From assembly GCA_000165425.1 (NCBI GenBank), contig CT868385.1, positions 248,001 to 312,000 of the forward strand: a stretch of 64,000 nt of DNA. The letters are read 5' to 3'. This document shows, one piece after another, positions 50,950-63,077 of the stretch. A program made the translations under genes and the position numbers. Under the pieces are notes generated by a model. The model was not told the origin of the DNA and ran no database searches. It saw nothing but the letters and a program-made list of their open reading frames with translations. This DNA comes from Paramecium tetraurelia. Lineage: Eukaryota. How positions within the stretch are numbered: the stretch's first letter is position 1; every line of letters begins with the position of its first letter.

Positions 50950-52939
50950 ATGAGTTCCGTTTAAAAAGAATTACAGATTTCAAATTGCAGCGATCGTGGA
51001 CTCTATTAAGATGGATCATGCTAATGTGATTTGGGGTACTTCGGAGAGGATTGTGAGTTGAAACTGGAAGAACTCCACATGGCAACTTATTATACTTTTA
51101 TAGGATTCTTCTTAATACTCTTTACAATCCTCCTTCTTTTCACTTTAAAACAATTCTAACAATCTCTCAAAATGAATAAAATCCCTTCCTATCAGAAGTA
51201 TGAAAATAGATGATAATTATCAATAGAGGATGTAATTATATCAAGAATGTCCTGGGATCCCCATTGAATTGTATTTTATGTCTAACTATCTTACTAAGCG
51301 TACTAAAGATACTATGGTTAGGCCTGGACCCCTTTTAATTATATGTATTTCCCATTCGCATTTTTAATAGGATTACAAGGAAAGAGTTTGTGAAAGAATT
51401 CTGGCAGAAGTAGTTTACACCATACTATTTTACATCTATGGGATTTTATTGATGGTTTGGTATACCATGTATGACGAAATCTCATTTAATATTGCTGAGA
51501 AGAAAAACAATAATAATTAAGAATAATAATCAGCCCCCAAAACCGAGAACAGAAAATTCATTCTGACATATTACAAAGACATCATGAAAATAAGACTCTT
51601 CCTTGTCTTAATTGTTTAATTGGCTGTCAGTACATTAAATGGTAAATTTTAAACCTTTAATTAGGATTAAGATTAGGACAATAATATAAAACTATCTTAT
51701 ATATTGCATATGCAGTACTGTTACTCAATTTCATGTAAGTTGCTATATTTATATTAGTTCCTTTATTTTTGAATTTCTTCTATACGGTAGATCCCTCAAT
51801 CAATGCATAGAACAACAACTCAAAAGGCTGGATTAAGATAACCGAGAGCAAGAAAAAGAAGAGAAGCTGAAATTCTCATTAAATAATTAGCAAGTAATCC
51901 TATCATTGTTATCAAAAGACTATACTATCAAAAACTTAGTTGATGATTTAATAAGAAGATCATTTGTAATCACCAGCTACACCTGACTAATAAATTTTAA
52001 AGTTGAGTTCCCTAAGTGTAAGTGATGAAAGTCAAAAGGAAACTGCCAGAGCCATTGCCATTACATAAATCGATAAACATTAATATCATACTTTTTTTAA
52101 AAAGCAAGTGACGTTCAGATCACCGCAAAGTACTCCTACATAGCAGAATACTGAAATTAAACGTGATGCTCAAAAATGCAAAATGAAAACCATAGTTAGC
52201 GAAGAATCACAAAATTCACTACATGCAGATGAGGGGTCTAATCATTAGAAAGTTAATTCTTGTTTATTGAATGAGGAAGACTTTGATTAAGTAGATTTGG
52301 AATGGAATATAAAAAAGGATAGGAATAATATTAAGAAGATAAAAAAATAATAGATTAAAATTGTGGAGAAAACTAAATCATAAGTAAATGAAGTCAAACG
52401 ATAAAATAAAACACCTAAAAAAAATACTATAAATTAAGTGATCAATTTAGATTCCTTTTAACTTGAGAATGATAACAAAACTAAAATATAACTTGCTCAG
52501 GAGTATTAAGCTGAGATGCTTGCTCAATAAAGATAAATACGAACTTCAAATCTAAATGCAGATAAAAAAGTACTTGCTAAGATCCAGATGCTCATTTATG
52601 TTGGAGTGTTTCTAGAAATTTGCTTTGGAGCATTGTCTGTTGTTATTTTATTAACTGATCTACTTAATAAACCTGTAGGTTAAATTTATGTTTATTTTAG
52701 GTACTATTTGCTATTTGTACATTTCAGCTATGCTTCAATTCTTATCATTGATTACTGTGTTGAAACTATTTCGAGATGTTAGGAGCCAAGAAGTGCTGAA
52801 TTTAATTTGGATTCAAAAGGTGGGGAATAGAAAAAATAAGATTAATCAGAAGTATTACTTCTAAATTCCGCTTGAGTAGACTAAGGCGGATGAATCTAAG
52901 AAAAGATTTGAACAAAGAATCAATATGCACATAAGATGA
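50950..52939 (+). CDS. EGF-like motif + about 7 TM protein (THH1/TOM1/PRRT3-like TM domain) with a long cytoplasmic loop
   Basis: CSDRGLYQDGSCQCDLGYFGEDC, then TM helices including LKILWLGLDPF...ERILAEVVYTILFYIYGILLMVWY, a long polar loop and two further TMs. Confidence 0.75.
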
Positions 52940-52993
52940 TTCTATTTTAATCTGTATTATTTATACTTATAGAAAATAAAAATTAATTAATAG

Positions 52994-55900
52994 TCATTCA
53001 ATCTCCTAATCACTAAATTTAATTAAATTATTTGATTAAAATTAACTTAATTGTTCAGGCATTTTAATTAATCCCATAGATTATTTAGCAATTCTAGTTA
53101 ACTTCTTGCCACTTGGTCTGTCCTATTATAACATGGTTTTAAATCGTCTATCTATGAGGGCTTCACTTCCATTATCAAATATGTACGTTATTCCTAATTC
53201 ATGATAAAAGTCATTTCTAATCATAAATTAACAATTACTCGTAAAACTAGACTAAATTGGGTCTAAATCTCTGATTGTCTTTTATTTTGTTATATTCGTA
53301 GATCATTTATTCTTTATTGTATTTAGGATAATAGCTATGAAAATCAGCTCCAACTTCAAAGTTATTTATTAAAATAAATTAAGACTCTAACTATCATAGA
53401 ATTAAACATAATAAACCTTATTTTATTACTCTCTCTGTTCTCTCTCCTTCTGTTATTGATTATAAGTTTCTAATAGTTCTAATATTTGATTTTAAGTCTT
53501 CATTTCCTTATAGGTTAATTTATCTGCCTATTCCTCACTTCCCTCGTCATCAAAATCAGATGAGGAAACAGTCTAATAATCAGATGATTGTTTATCTTTG
53601 TTATCATCTTCTTCTTCCTCTTTAAATTTTGAAATTACTTTCATAGACGTGGCCATGGATTTAGTTTATGGGAATTCAGATTTAATTACTTACTCCTCTT
53701 AATTAGCCGATTTTTATTGCATAATAATACTAAGTTCTAAGAATTAATATGAGTTACTACATTTCAAAAGTAATTAACTGATATTTTATTAGGCTTTTAA
53801 AGACTTGATCTTCATCTCTTAATCTTAGATGTAGGATTTCATTTTTCTATACTTAGCTTTATCCTCTCTAAATCTGGACCTGAATGGACCAAATTTAGGA
53901 GGTTTAGCTAACTTTTGTTAAGTTTCAAATTTCTCTTCTACTAATTACCCATTGTCCATTTCGTCAATTAAATTGCACTCATCATACTAAGCCATAAGTT
54001 TTTAAGCAAGGGAAGAAATCTGAGTGACAGTCTTGAATATTGAAAATATAGATGATTACAAATTTAACAATATTTTTATGGCGAAGGGCATGCACATAAA
54101 CTCTGTCATTCCTCTCAAAAAGACTTTACATTTTCTTCTAAAAATTAGATTTAAATTAACAATATTGCTGCTATTCCACTATAAAGTGCATATCTGGACA
54201 ATCAATCACAGTATGGTCATCTCTAAGACAACCATAACAAAAGACATTAATATGATGATAACCTTTATTGAATATGATTTCGTCTTTAATGTAATTGAAT
54301 CTTTCCTATTATGTTAACTATAATATTAATACCAAATCAATTTGATTTTATTTCAACAGTTATGTAAACAATGACTTATCAATATAGACTAAAGAGGAAT
54401 AATTAACACTTCTTGCAGATGCAGTTCTAGATAAACCTGTAAAGAATCCAATCTCTCCAAAATAGTCTTTTTGTTCTAGCTTATTGAGTTTCTAATTGTT
54501 TCTTTATAGGATAATCTCAATGTTGCCACTTTAAATGAAATAGAGATGCTTTTCTGTAGCTATTGATTCGTTTTCAAAGAATATGAATTCTTCTGGTAAA
54601 GCTGTGTATTATTTGAAAGTCTTGGTCACTTATTTGAGGAAGGTCTTTTAAAAGTTATGTCTTAAAGGAGGGCAGTAGCCTAAGATTGTACCATTGACTT
54701 GAATTTCGAATTCAAATTTGAGAGCATAAGATAGATTATCAGTTATGTGTTCAAGATTAAAGATGGCTTCTTGTTCCCAAATATAAGTTAGATATTTCTT
54801 CACTTTATTTTATAAAGCAACAGGAATTTGCAGTTTTTTCATGTATTTTAAAATCTGATTTGATTTCTTACGAATTTCAGCCTTTTTGTCTTCCATCCCT
54901 TACAAGGATGAACCAATACTATTCAAAGTGACTGAAAATACAACAGTGGCTATCATCAAAAAGAATATTCCAAATAGTCTTTCCAGAGGAGTTCTTGGGG
55001 AAATATCTCCATAACCAACAGTGTTCATAGTAGTAACAGCCCAATAGAGAGAGTTGATGTATTTAACTGACCAATCTTCATCATAGATGCCATAATAATA
55101 GAGCCAGTTGTTTTAGGAGTCTTCATTAACAGCAATATAATGGAAGATGCATCCTAACCAATGAGACCAAAATAATACAAATCCACTCAATTTGATAAAG
55201 CTTACTATTGTAGACAACATAATGTTGAGTTGAATGGCATCTTCAATTTTATCAAAGAAAACCTTCAATTTTGCCAATCTCAACAGACGTATGATCTTTA
55301 TAAATCTCATGAATCTAACAAGTCTCAGCAAGGATAATGTTTGAGTGTATTTTGTAGCATCTTTAGAAGGAGTTGTTGTAGTTTATGAACTCTCATCCTC
55401 GCTCACTCCCGTCGAAGCTGTAATTATGGAATCGTAAGGAAATGAGGCGGCGAGATCAATCCAAAACCAAAGTCTAATGTAATTGAGAACTATTTGTTTT
55501 CTACCATATATGGGTATTCCCTTCCTGTATATGCTCGTATTGAAGGTAATAATGATATCAGACATGAACATTATATCGATTATTTAATCTAAAGTGGCGT
55601 TGATTTCTACATCGAAACTTAATTTGAAGGGAATGCTTAAGATTTCATAAAAAATCAATAACATACAGAAGGTATCCCACATTAATTTACCGTAGCCATC
55701 TGCGTGAAATACCCAATTATCGTTTTGATTTTGAATGGCAATCTTATTGTTATCTTTGGTTTTTAAGAAGCTCTGGATTTTGGATTTCACTTTTTGAACA
55801 ATTGCCTGTCTTATATTCAATTATTGAAATACTTATAGTTCTTTTTTTCAATGAACACAGGTTTGGTAGTTCTGAGAGTGCTGGTTAAGGATTCAAAAGG

Positions 55901-56181
55901 TAATTCTAATTGTTCAATCTATTTCTTTTATTTTTGAAATTCATCCTCATCAGAGGAATTCTCCAATTTGTCATTGAGTGTGTACAACTCGAATTAACCT
56001 AGAGGTCTCTTTCTGAAATCATTAGTCCTGGTTTCCTTGATTTTCTTTCTAAACTCTGTTTATCTTTACTAAATAATACTTCTCATGTATATACTCTCCT
56101 TATCTCTGACATTGCAGCTGATGTCACAGTTTGCATTCCTCCTCTTCTAAGTCCCAACTTAGAGTTGATGACAGTAAACAT
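52994..56181 (-). CDS. 6TM K+ channel with cyclic-nucleotide-binding domain (EAG/HCN-like)
   Basis: S4 LRLVRFMRFIKIIRLLRLAKL, pore SLYWAVTTMNTVGYGDISP, CNBD YFGEIGFFTGLSRTASARS. Confidence 0.95.
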
Positions 56182-56216
56182 AAATTATTTATATATATAA
56201 TATGATAATTAATAAT

Positions 56217-57810
56217 TCATAAATTTGGTTTTTTGAGTTCCATTCTATTATCATTGAAATTAGCTTTATTCTGACTGTCTTTTGCTTTTTGTGTCTGTTC
56301 TTGTTGTTCCAAAGCTAATTGATATTTTTCTAGGGACTCTTGTACAATTTAGGTTGCTTTTACAAAGCAGAAATGGAAAGTTTCAATGAAAGTGTCCATG
56401 TGTCTAAATTAATATAAGAATTGATACTCTTTGGTGTGCTAGGGTTACAAATTGACTCTCAATCTGGCCTATCCCATTTTCACAATAGGATATTCAATTC
56501 CATTACAATGAATTCCTTCATCAATCATTAGTCTTGTGACTACTCTGCAAACCAATTCGTTTCCAATCAACAAAGGTAAAATTGGAGATGGATACCCAAT
56601 TATCTGGTAACCTCTGGCATTGAGTTCTTTTTTCATGTAATGATAATTCTCCAAAACCTTAACTCTTAATCTACTGCCCACTTCACTGTTAAGTATTCTT
56701 AATTGAGCCAGAGCAGTAGCACATTGAACTGGATTGACTGAGTTTGTAAACATGTAGGCAGATGAGAAAAACTTAAGATAATCTATGACTTCATATGAAT
56801 TGCAGGCAACCCATCCAACATTTGTAGATAAACATTTTGATCCTCCAGACATCAATAGCACATTAGAGAAATCTTACAATCCTTGCATTTCAAAGACACC
56901 CTTGCCTATATTCATAAATTCAACTCATTACCAGTCTTGCCCATACAACCGAAATCGTGAGCACAATCCAATTAACAAAAAGGCCTCGTACTTCAATGTT
57001 AATTTTTATAGAGCCACCAAATCAGTGTAATCACTATCCATACTGAACAAACCCTCAGTGACTACTAGAATGCAGGCATCAGGATTTGCAGTTCTGATTT
57101 CTGAAACTTTTTTCTCCATTTCTTCCAAACTCAAATGTGGTACTCTTGACACATTCTTTGTGGCTGCAAATGCTCCTTCAGTGAGACAATTGTGGCATAA
57201 TTCATCCATTACCACAAAATCATAAGGTCTAGTTTTTATTCAATTCAAATACCTTATCAAACCTTTAACAACTCCAAATCCAGCCAACCATCCTGCGCTG
57301 TAAAGGATTACTTCGTTCATTCCCCAATAATCCTTCAACTCCTCTTTTAACTACATATAGTATTTCGATGCACCAAATGCTAAAGGTGCTCCACAAGAAT
57401 TTACTGAATATTCCTTAGCAGCATTCATTGCAGCTTCCTTAAATTATTTTAAACTAAATACTTTTGCTTATTCATTTGTGCACAGTCCCAAGTAATCTGC
57501 AGATGCGAAGTTGATTCCATAAAATATATCTCCATAATCATCCATTCCTATTTTTAAACTTATTTCGTACCATAACATTCTTGAGCAGGTGGAGACATAT
57601 TTCTCCTCTCGTAAAGAATTATCTTCTATTGTCTCAATGGCCCCATCAAATTCTAAAATCCCTTTACTCTCTCGAACAAATTCTAATTTTTGCACATTAT
57701 ACTACCTTCCCTTCCACATTTTTATATCCCATATGACTCAAACTCATATTTGAGATTGCTATGCTTCTATCAAACTCTTAACTTGGATTCAATGTTGGGT
57801 ATTTTTGCAT
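56217..57810 (-). CDS. Class II PLP alpha-oxoamine synthase (AONS/SPT-like), bacterial-type
   Basis: GINFASADYLGL, YSAGWLAGFG, MDELCHNCL, VTEGLFSMDSD, DCAHDFG, SGGSKCL (PLP Lys), RVNL; ends KKPNL*. The start codon is uncertain. Confidence 0.88.
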
Positions 57811-57971
57811 CTTCACTCTTCTCTATTTAATTCAAATAATAATGTTCCCTCAGAAATTCCTGATTTGAATCATTCAAAAGTACTATACAAATTTTTCGGA
57901 ATTAATTAAATGCGTATTATTTTATTACATAATATTATTAAAATATGTATCTAATATCAAACATAAACCGG

Positions 57972-58888
57972 TCATCTCTTCTTATAAACACATGGCTGCA
58001 ATATCTACTACCCCAATGATTGCCAATCCTTCAAATTTGGATCCTTTTGACCCAATATCTGATAAACTCGTTTCTAATTCAAAGGACCATTGAATTGACA
58101 AACATCCATTATCTTCTCAAATACAAACAATACGAAATGACTATTGTGCTCATCCTACTCATTTAAATTAATCAAATTACTCTCTTCAATATTTTCATTC
58201 CCATTCCAGTAACTAAATTTACAAAATTATCTATTGTATTCATTCTACTTTTCACTTCAGCTATTATTAAATGACCATTCTTCTTTAATACTCTAAAAGC
58301 TTCCCCCAAATAATCCAAATAATTTATTCCCATCAAAGACAATGAAAAAATTGCCGCATCACAACTACAATCATCCATAGGCAAATTGCTAATATCAGTC
58401 TCAATTATATATGGTTTGATTGCCACTAAATCAAAACTTTTCACAGTTATCAATTTACTCAATCTCTTATCTTTCTGAAAATATTCCTGAATCTCTCCCT
58501 AACCGCAACCCAAATCACAAACAACTCTAGTCTTATCTATTTCAATTGTTACAATTTTTTATTCTGAAATTACTCGCTCTCTGTCAATAATTTGATTATA
58601 TTCCCAACAGGACTTTCTGGCCACTTCTCTATTTATTAGGCATAACCTGTGTGATAAATCTTGAATTCCTCAGGATGGTTCTTAAAATGCTTCTAGGCTT
58701 CCTCGCTATTTACAGTATACATATATTCATTCAATAATCTAAATTTCGATCCTTAATTGGTTAATTATCAAACCTTTTATGCGTTCTTCATCTTATTCCC
58801 ATTTTCTCTGTGCTTTCAATTCTTTCTTATTCTTTTTGCTAATACTTTGCTAATTTCCACTCCTATTCCCTTTCACTTTACCAAACAT
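57972..58888 (-). CDS. RRP8: 25S rRNA m1A methyltransferase RRP8/nucleomethylin
   Basis: GSKFRLLNEYMYT, YHTGYAQQIEKWPESPV, CDLGCG, FSLSLMG, IAEVKSR, LQPCVYKKR*. Confidence 0.95.
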
Positions 58889-58944
58889 TAAAATATAATT
58901 TCTAATTAATACAACAATTATCCTATAAAATATATATTCAATAA

Positions 58945-60429
58945 TCAAAAAGTGCTTTCGTTTTTAAAATACATAAAGTATTCAAGTAATTAAGTTTAAT
59001 TATAAATTTTCTTTTTTGGAATTATTTTAGAGGAAATCCTAGTTTTCAAATTTCTATACTTTTGGGGAAATTCTATGGATTGAACTTTTGAGCATAACTC
59101 ACTCTTCCTTATCTATCCATTTGAATCAAAATTGTTTATCAAATTAGTATATGCATAATATAAACGAGCTATAGTGGAAGTGAACCTTTTTTCTCTTAAC
59201 TAAACAGTGCTCTTACAGAAATAGACTATTTTCTTAGTAGCCATCATTTCCAACTATTTTAAATCTTTCATTAAATAATTAATTATCACTATCTAAACCA
59301 ACAAAGACAGTAGGAAAAATGTTCCAAATAACTTTACACACAAATAAATTGAGTCGCTCTAAAACCCAATTTACTTATTGTAAATTTCTTGTTGCTAGCT
59401 TAAATATTAGCTTCCATCATAAACTACAAATAAAAAGTAATTTAATTCACTCAGTTCTGTTTTTAAAACGATAATATTTTTCTTATAAACACTGTTATAA
59501 ACATAAAATATGTTTTCGTCATTTTGGATTATATTATTCCAATCAGTCTCATTAAAACCTGTTAAACTTTGATTGTAAATTTTTATTAACACTTTTACTC
59601 CTCCAGCATAAAGATCACTTATGACGATATTGCCATTGCTATCCACTATATAATACTATGATGTATTGGTTTATATCTTGGGCATTCTTGTAAAGTCAAG
59701 GTCTTGACCTATCAGGCCTTCGAATTATGTGTGAGACAAATTTGTTGTTTAAGAAATGAAAACTACATCAATCCATGAGACATAAGGATCACTTACTATT
59801 ACCTTCTTTCCTGTTCCCATTTTAGCCATATGATCCCTATACCATTATCTACTATGGGGATAGTAATTGCTAATAGCATATCCTCTATTTTATGTAAAGA
59901 ACTGTTCATCGCCCGCATGGGCCATTAATGTTATTAATTAAAGATCATAAATTCTCAGAGTTTCAGTTAATAAGGATGTTAATTTTAATATATTCTCGTA
60001 TTTACTTACATTCAATCCATTTGTCAAATTACAAAAAGCATAGCAAAAAGAGAAAAAATAAGCATATGAATCATTGTATTATTAGTTATTTAGGCAATCA
60101 TATGGCTTCTCAATGTGGAAATCTTTATCTATCAACTTATACAACTAATTAATTGATAAAAGCTGTCTTGTACTATCTTCAAACACATCTAAAGTTGAAT
60201 GTTTTTCTAAGTAACTGAGCATTTTCAGATGATTATAGGTCTCTTTCTGAAATATTTCTTAAGTATTGGTCATTAATTCTTCTGTAACAATGTACATATA
60301 AATTAAGTTACTAAATACAAATATTATTGCACTTAACAGAGTAATAGCAATGTAGAAACAATAAATTTAATTGCCAATCCTCCATTCTCTACATAAGAAG
60401 TTTCTATATATCTATTTTTTCGAAATCAT
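58945..60429 (-). CDS. TM-dCache-TM sensor-like protein, intronless, 494 aa
   Basis: 1485-nt frame with TM1, then YYPHSRQWY...KKVIVSDPY...GLIGQDLDF (Cache signature), then TM2 and a short cytoplasmic tail. Confidence 0.8.
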
Positions 60430-61327
60430 TAAATTTCACTTATTAACAAGAAATTTATTTTTTAAACACGAGGTTTTGATTAACCAAATAAATACATATA
60501 AATATTTATTATTTGATCAAATTTTACCACAGTCATATCATAAATATGTCTTTTTTAAATAACAAGTTATAATTGAATTTTTTATAATAAACAATAAAAT
60601 AATGGTTGATTACATAGAATATTAGGTCTAATGTTAAACTCAAAATTATTTAAATTATTTCATTTTTTAATTAGTATAATAGTTGGATTTATTTTTAATC
60701 ATTTTATGAGAAAAATACTCAATGATTTCTATTTATTTATATGAAAGATCTTATGTTGCAAAAGGGTCTCTTTTAAATTAATAAATGTAATTCTATACTT
60801 TAAATATTATTTATAATTCCTAAAAATAAAATATGATTAATTTTACTTCAGAATAATTAATTTTTAAAATAACTCTTTTTAAGACTCACGTTTCTGTGAG
60901 TATATTATTTTGGATAAAAAAACACCTAAGCTTGCTTAATTTAAGTTTAGTTACAATTATTTCATTAGAAATTTTCACTTCTAATTTGAGATGAAAAACT
61001 GATTTTCATTTTTATACTAATTAAAATGATAAGCTATTATTAGAACATGTGGACCCGTATTACATTTTGAGTAGAAAACAAGTAAATATCTTCTTTAAAG
61101 ATGGTTTCTTACTAAATCTAACTAAATTTGGAATGAAATAAAATCTTTTCCGATTTACAACTTTGAATTTATTTTGACTCAAGATTATCCAATTTGTTAG
61201 TTAAAATTTATAAATATATGAAAATATTAGATATTTAATTTTCCATTGATTTAATCTAGCTTATTGTTATATTATGCTGAAGATTATATTGAAGAAACTT
61301 ATTATTATAAAATATTAATTCATAAAA

Positions 61328-63040
61328 ATGGGGAGTAGTTGTTGTAATCATCGAGAGATGAATTAAAGTTAATTATAGAAGCATACTCAGATATTGACTC
61401 CTGTGATCAAGTCGAATGATAATTGGGATTCCTTTTAGGATGATGATGACTTGATTTTACCAATGCAAAAATATACAACCTTAAGTGCAGTAACAAAAAT
61501 TGAACTTGATTTTACATAAATTACGCATCAGACAAAGATGAAGAAGACAATTTAATTGCCATCTGCGAGAAAATCAGTAAAAATTAGTTACGACAATTTT
61601 ATTACGATGAAATAAGGGGAATGGAATGAATAATATAGCATTTTGAAAAAACTAGGATAAGGTAGCTATGGATGTGTATGGTTGGGTAAACATAATAAGA
61701 CTGGCATTTTGAGAGCACTCAAGTAAATTAAAAAGGATTCTTTGTTATTTGAAGACCAATAAAGAATGTTATCAGAGCTTAACATACTAAAATCACTAGA
61801 TCATCCAAATATTGTGCGCGTTTTTGAATGCTTTCAAGAGGACGATCAATACATAGTTGTCACAGAGTATATTAATTTCATTAATTAAGATATCTTCCAG
61901 GAGGAGAGTTATTCGAAAGAATAAAGAAACTCTAAATTTTTAGTGAAAGAATGGCAGCCGATTACATCAAACAAATATTATAAGCAGTCAGTTATTGTCA
62001 TGAGAAATAAATTGTTCATAGGTATTGATATTATAATCAAATCTTAATTAGAGATTTAAAACCAGAGAACATTTTATTGAGTGGATAAGGAGAGGAGATT
62101 AAAGTGATTGACTTTGGAACCTCCCGTCATTTTACTCAGAACTTTGATATGAAAAAAAGATTAGGGACTCCTTATTACATAGCCCCAGAAGTCTTAAATC
62201 AAAAGTACAATGAAAAAGTAGATATTTGGTCATGCGGGGTCATTCTGTATATTTTCTTGTGTGGTTATCCTCCGTTTGCTGGGAAGACTGATAAAGAGAC
62301 TTTGGCAAAGGTCCAAGCAGGGAAGCTTATTTTTGATAGAAATGATTGGTCAACTGTATCAAGTGATGCTCAGGATTTAATTAGCAAGATGTTGAACCTA
62401 GATGTTAGTAAAAGATATTCTGCCCTTTAAGCATTAAGACATTGTTGGATTTAAAAAAATGCCAAGTAAGAAATAATCTCTTTACAATTGTTAAGCAATA
62501 TTGAAAAGTTTTAGGTTATTATTTATATTATCCTTAGGTATAAAGTAATTTTAAGAAAGCAGTTATGACATATATGGTGAGTTAAACCTTGCATAGTTAA
62601 GAAATTAGTGAACTTAAAGCTACTTTTAATGCTCTTGATAAGAATCATGATGGAAACTTAAGTAAGCAAGAATTGATAGCTGGTTACAGAGTTTTGTTAA
62701 GGAGTTAAGAATAAGCTGAAGAAAAAGTGAATTAAATTTTAGATACTTTAGATTTAAATCATTCGAATCTTATTGATTATTCAGAGTTTATTATGGGTGC
62801 AATGAGAGTAGAAAAATTAGTTTCAATTGAAAGGATTAGATAGGCCTTTCGAATGCTTGATTTAGTAATTTATCGATTTATTCCTAGAATGGAGATGGAT
62901 ATATTTCAAAGGATGAACTAGAAGAAGCGATGGGATTCTTAGAACCTGAAATTTGGGAACAATTTTTAAATGATTGTGATCTCAACAAAGATGGGAAGAT
63001 ATCAGAAGAGGAATTTAGTAAAATTTTAACTACAATATGA
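61328..63040 (+). CDS. Calcium-dependent protein kinase (CDPK)
   Basis: MGSSCC acylation signal; LGQGSYG, RALK, LDHPNIV, HRDLKPENIL, DFG, GTPYYIAPE; 4 EF hands. Confidence 0.95.
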
Positions 63041-63077
63041 TAATAATTTTTTTTTAAATTATCTAACTATATTTACT

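Noticed and set aside
60430..61327. Long AT-rich interval as a possible retained IES or transposon relic
   Set aside because: No terminal inverted repeats, IES end consensus pair or transposase motif seen; likely divergent promoter DNA or a decayed gene.
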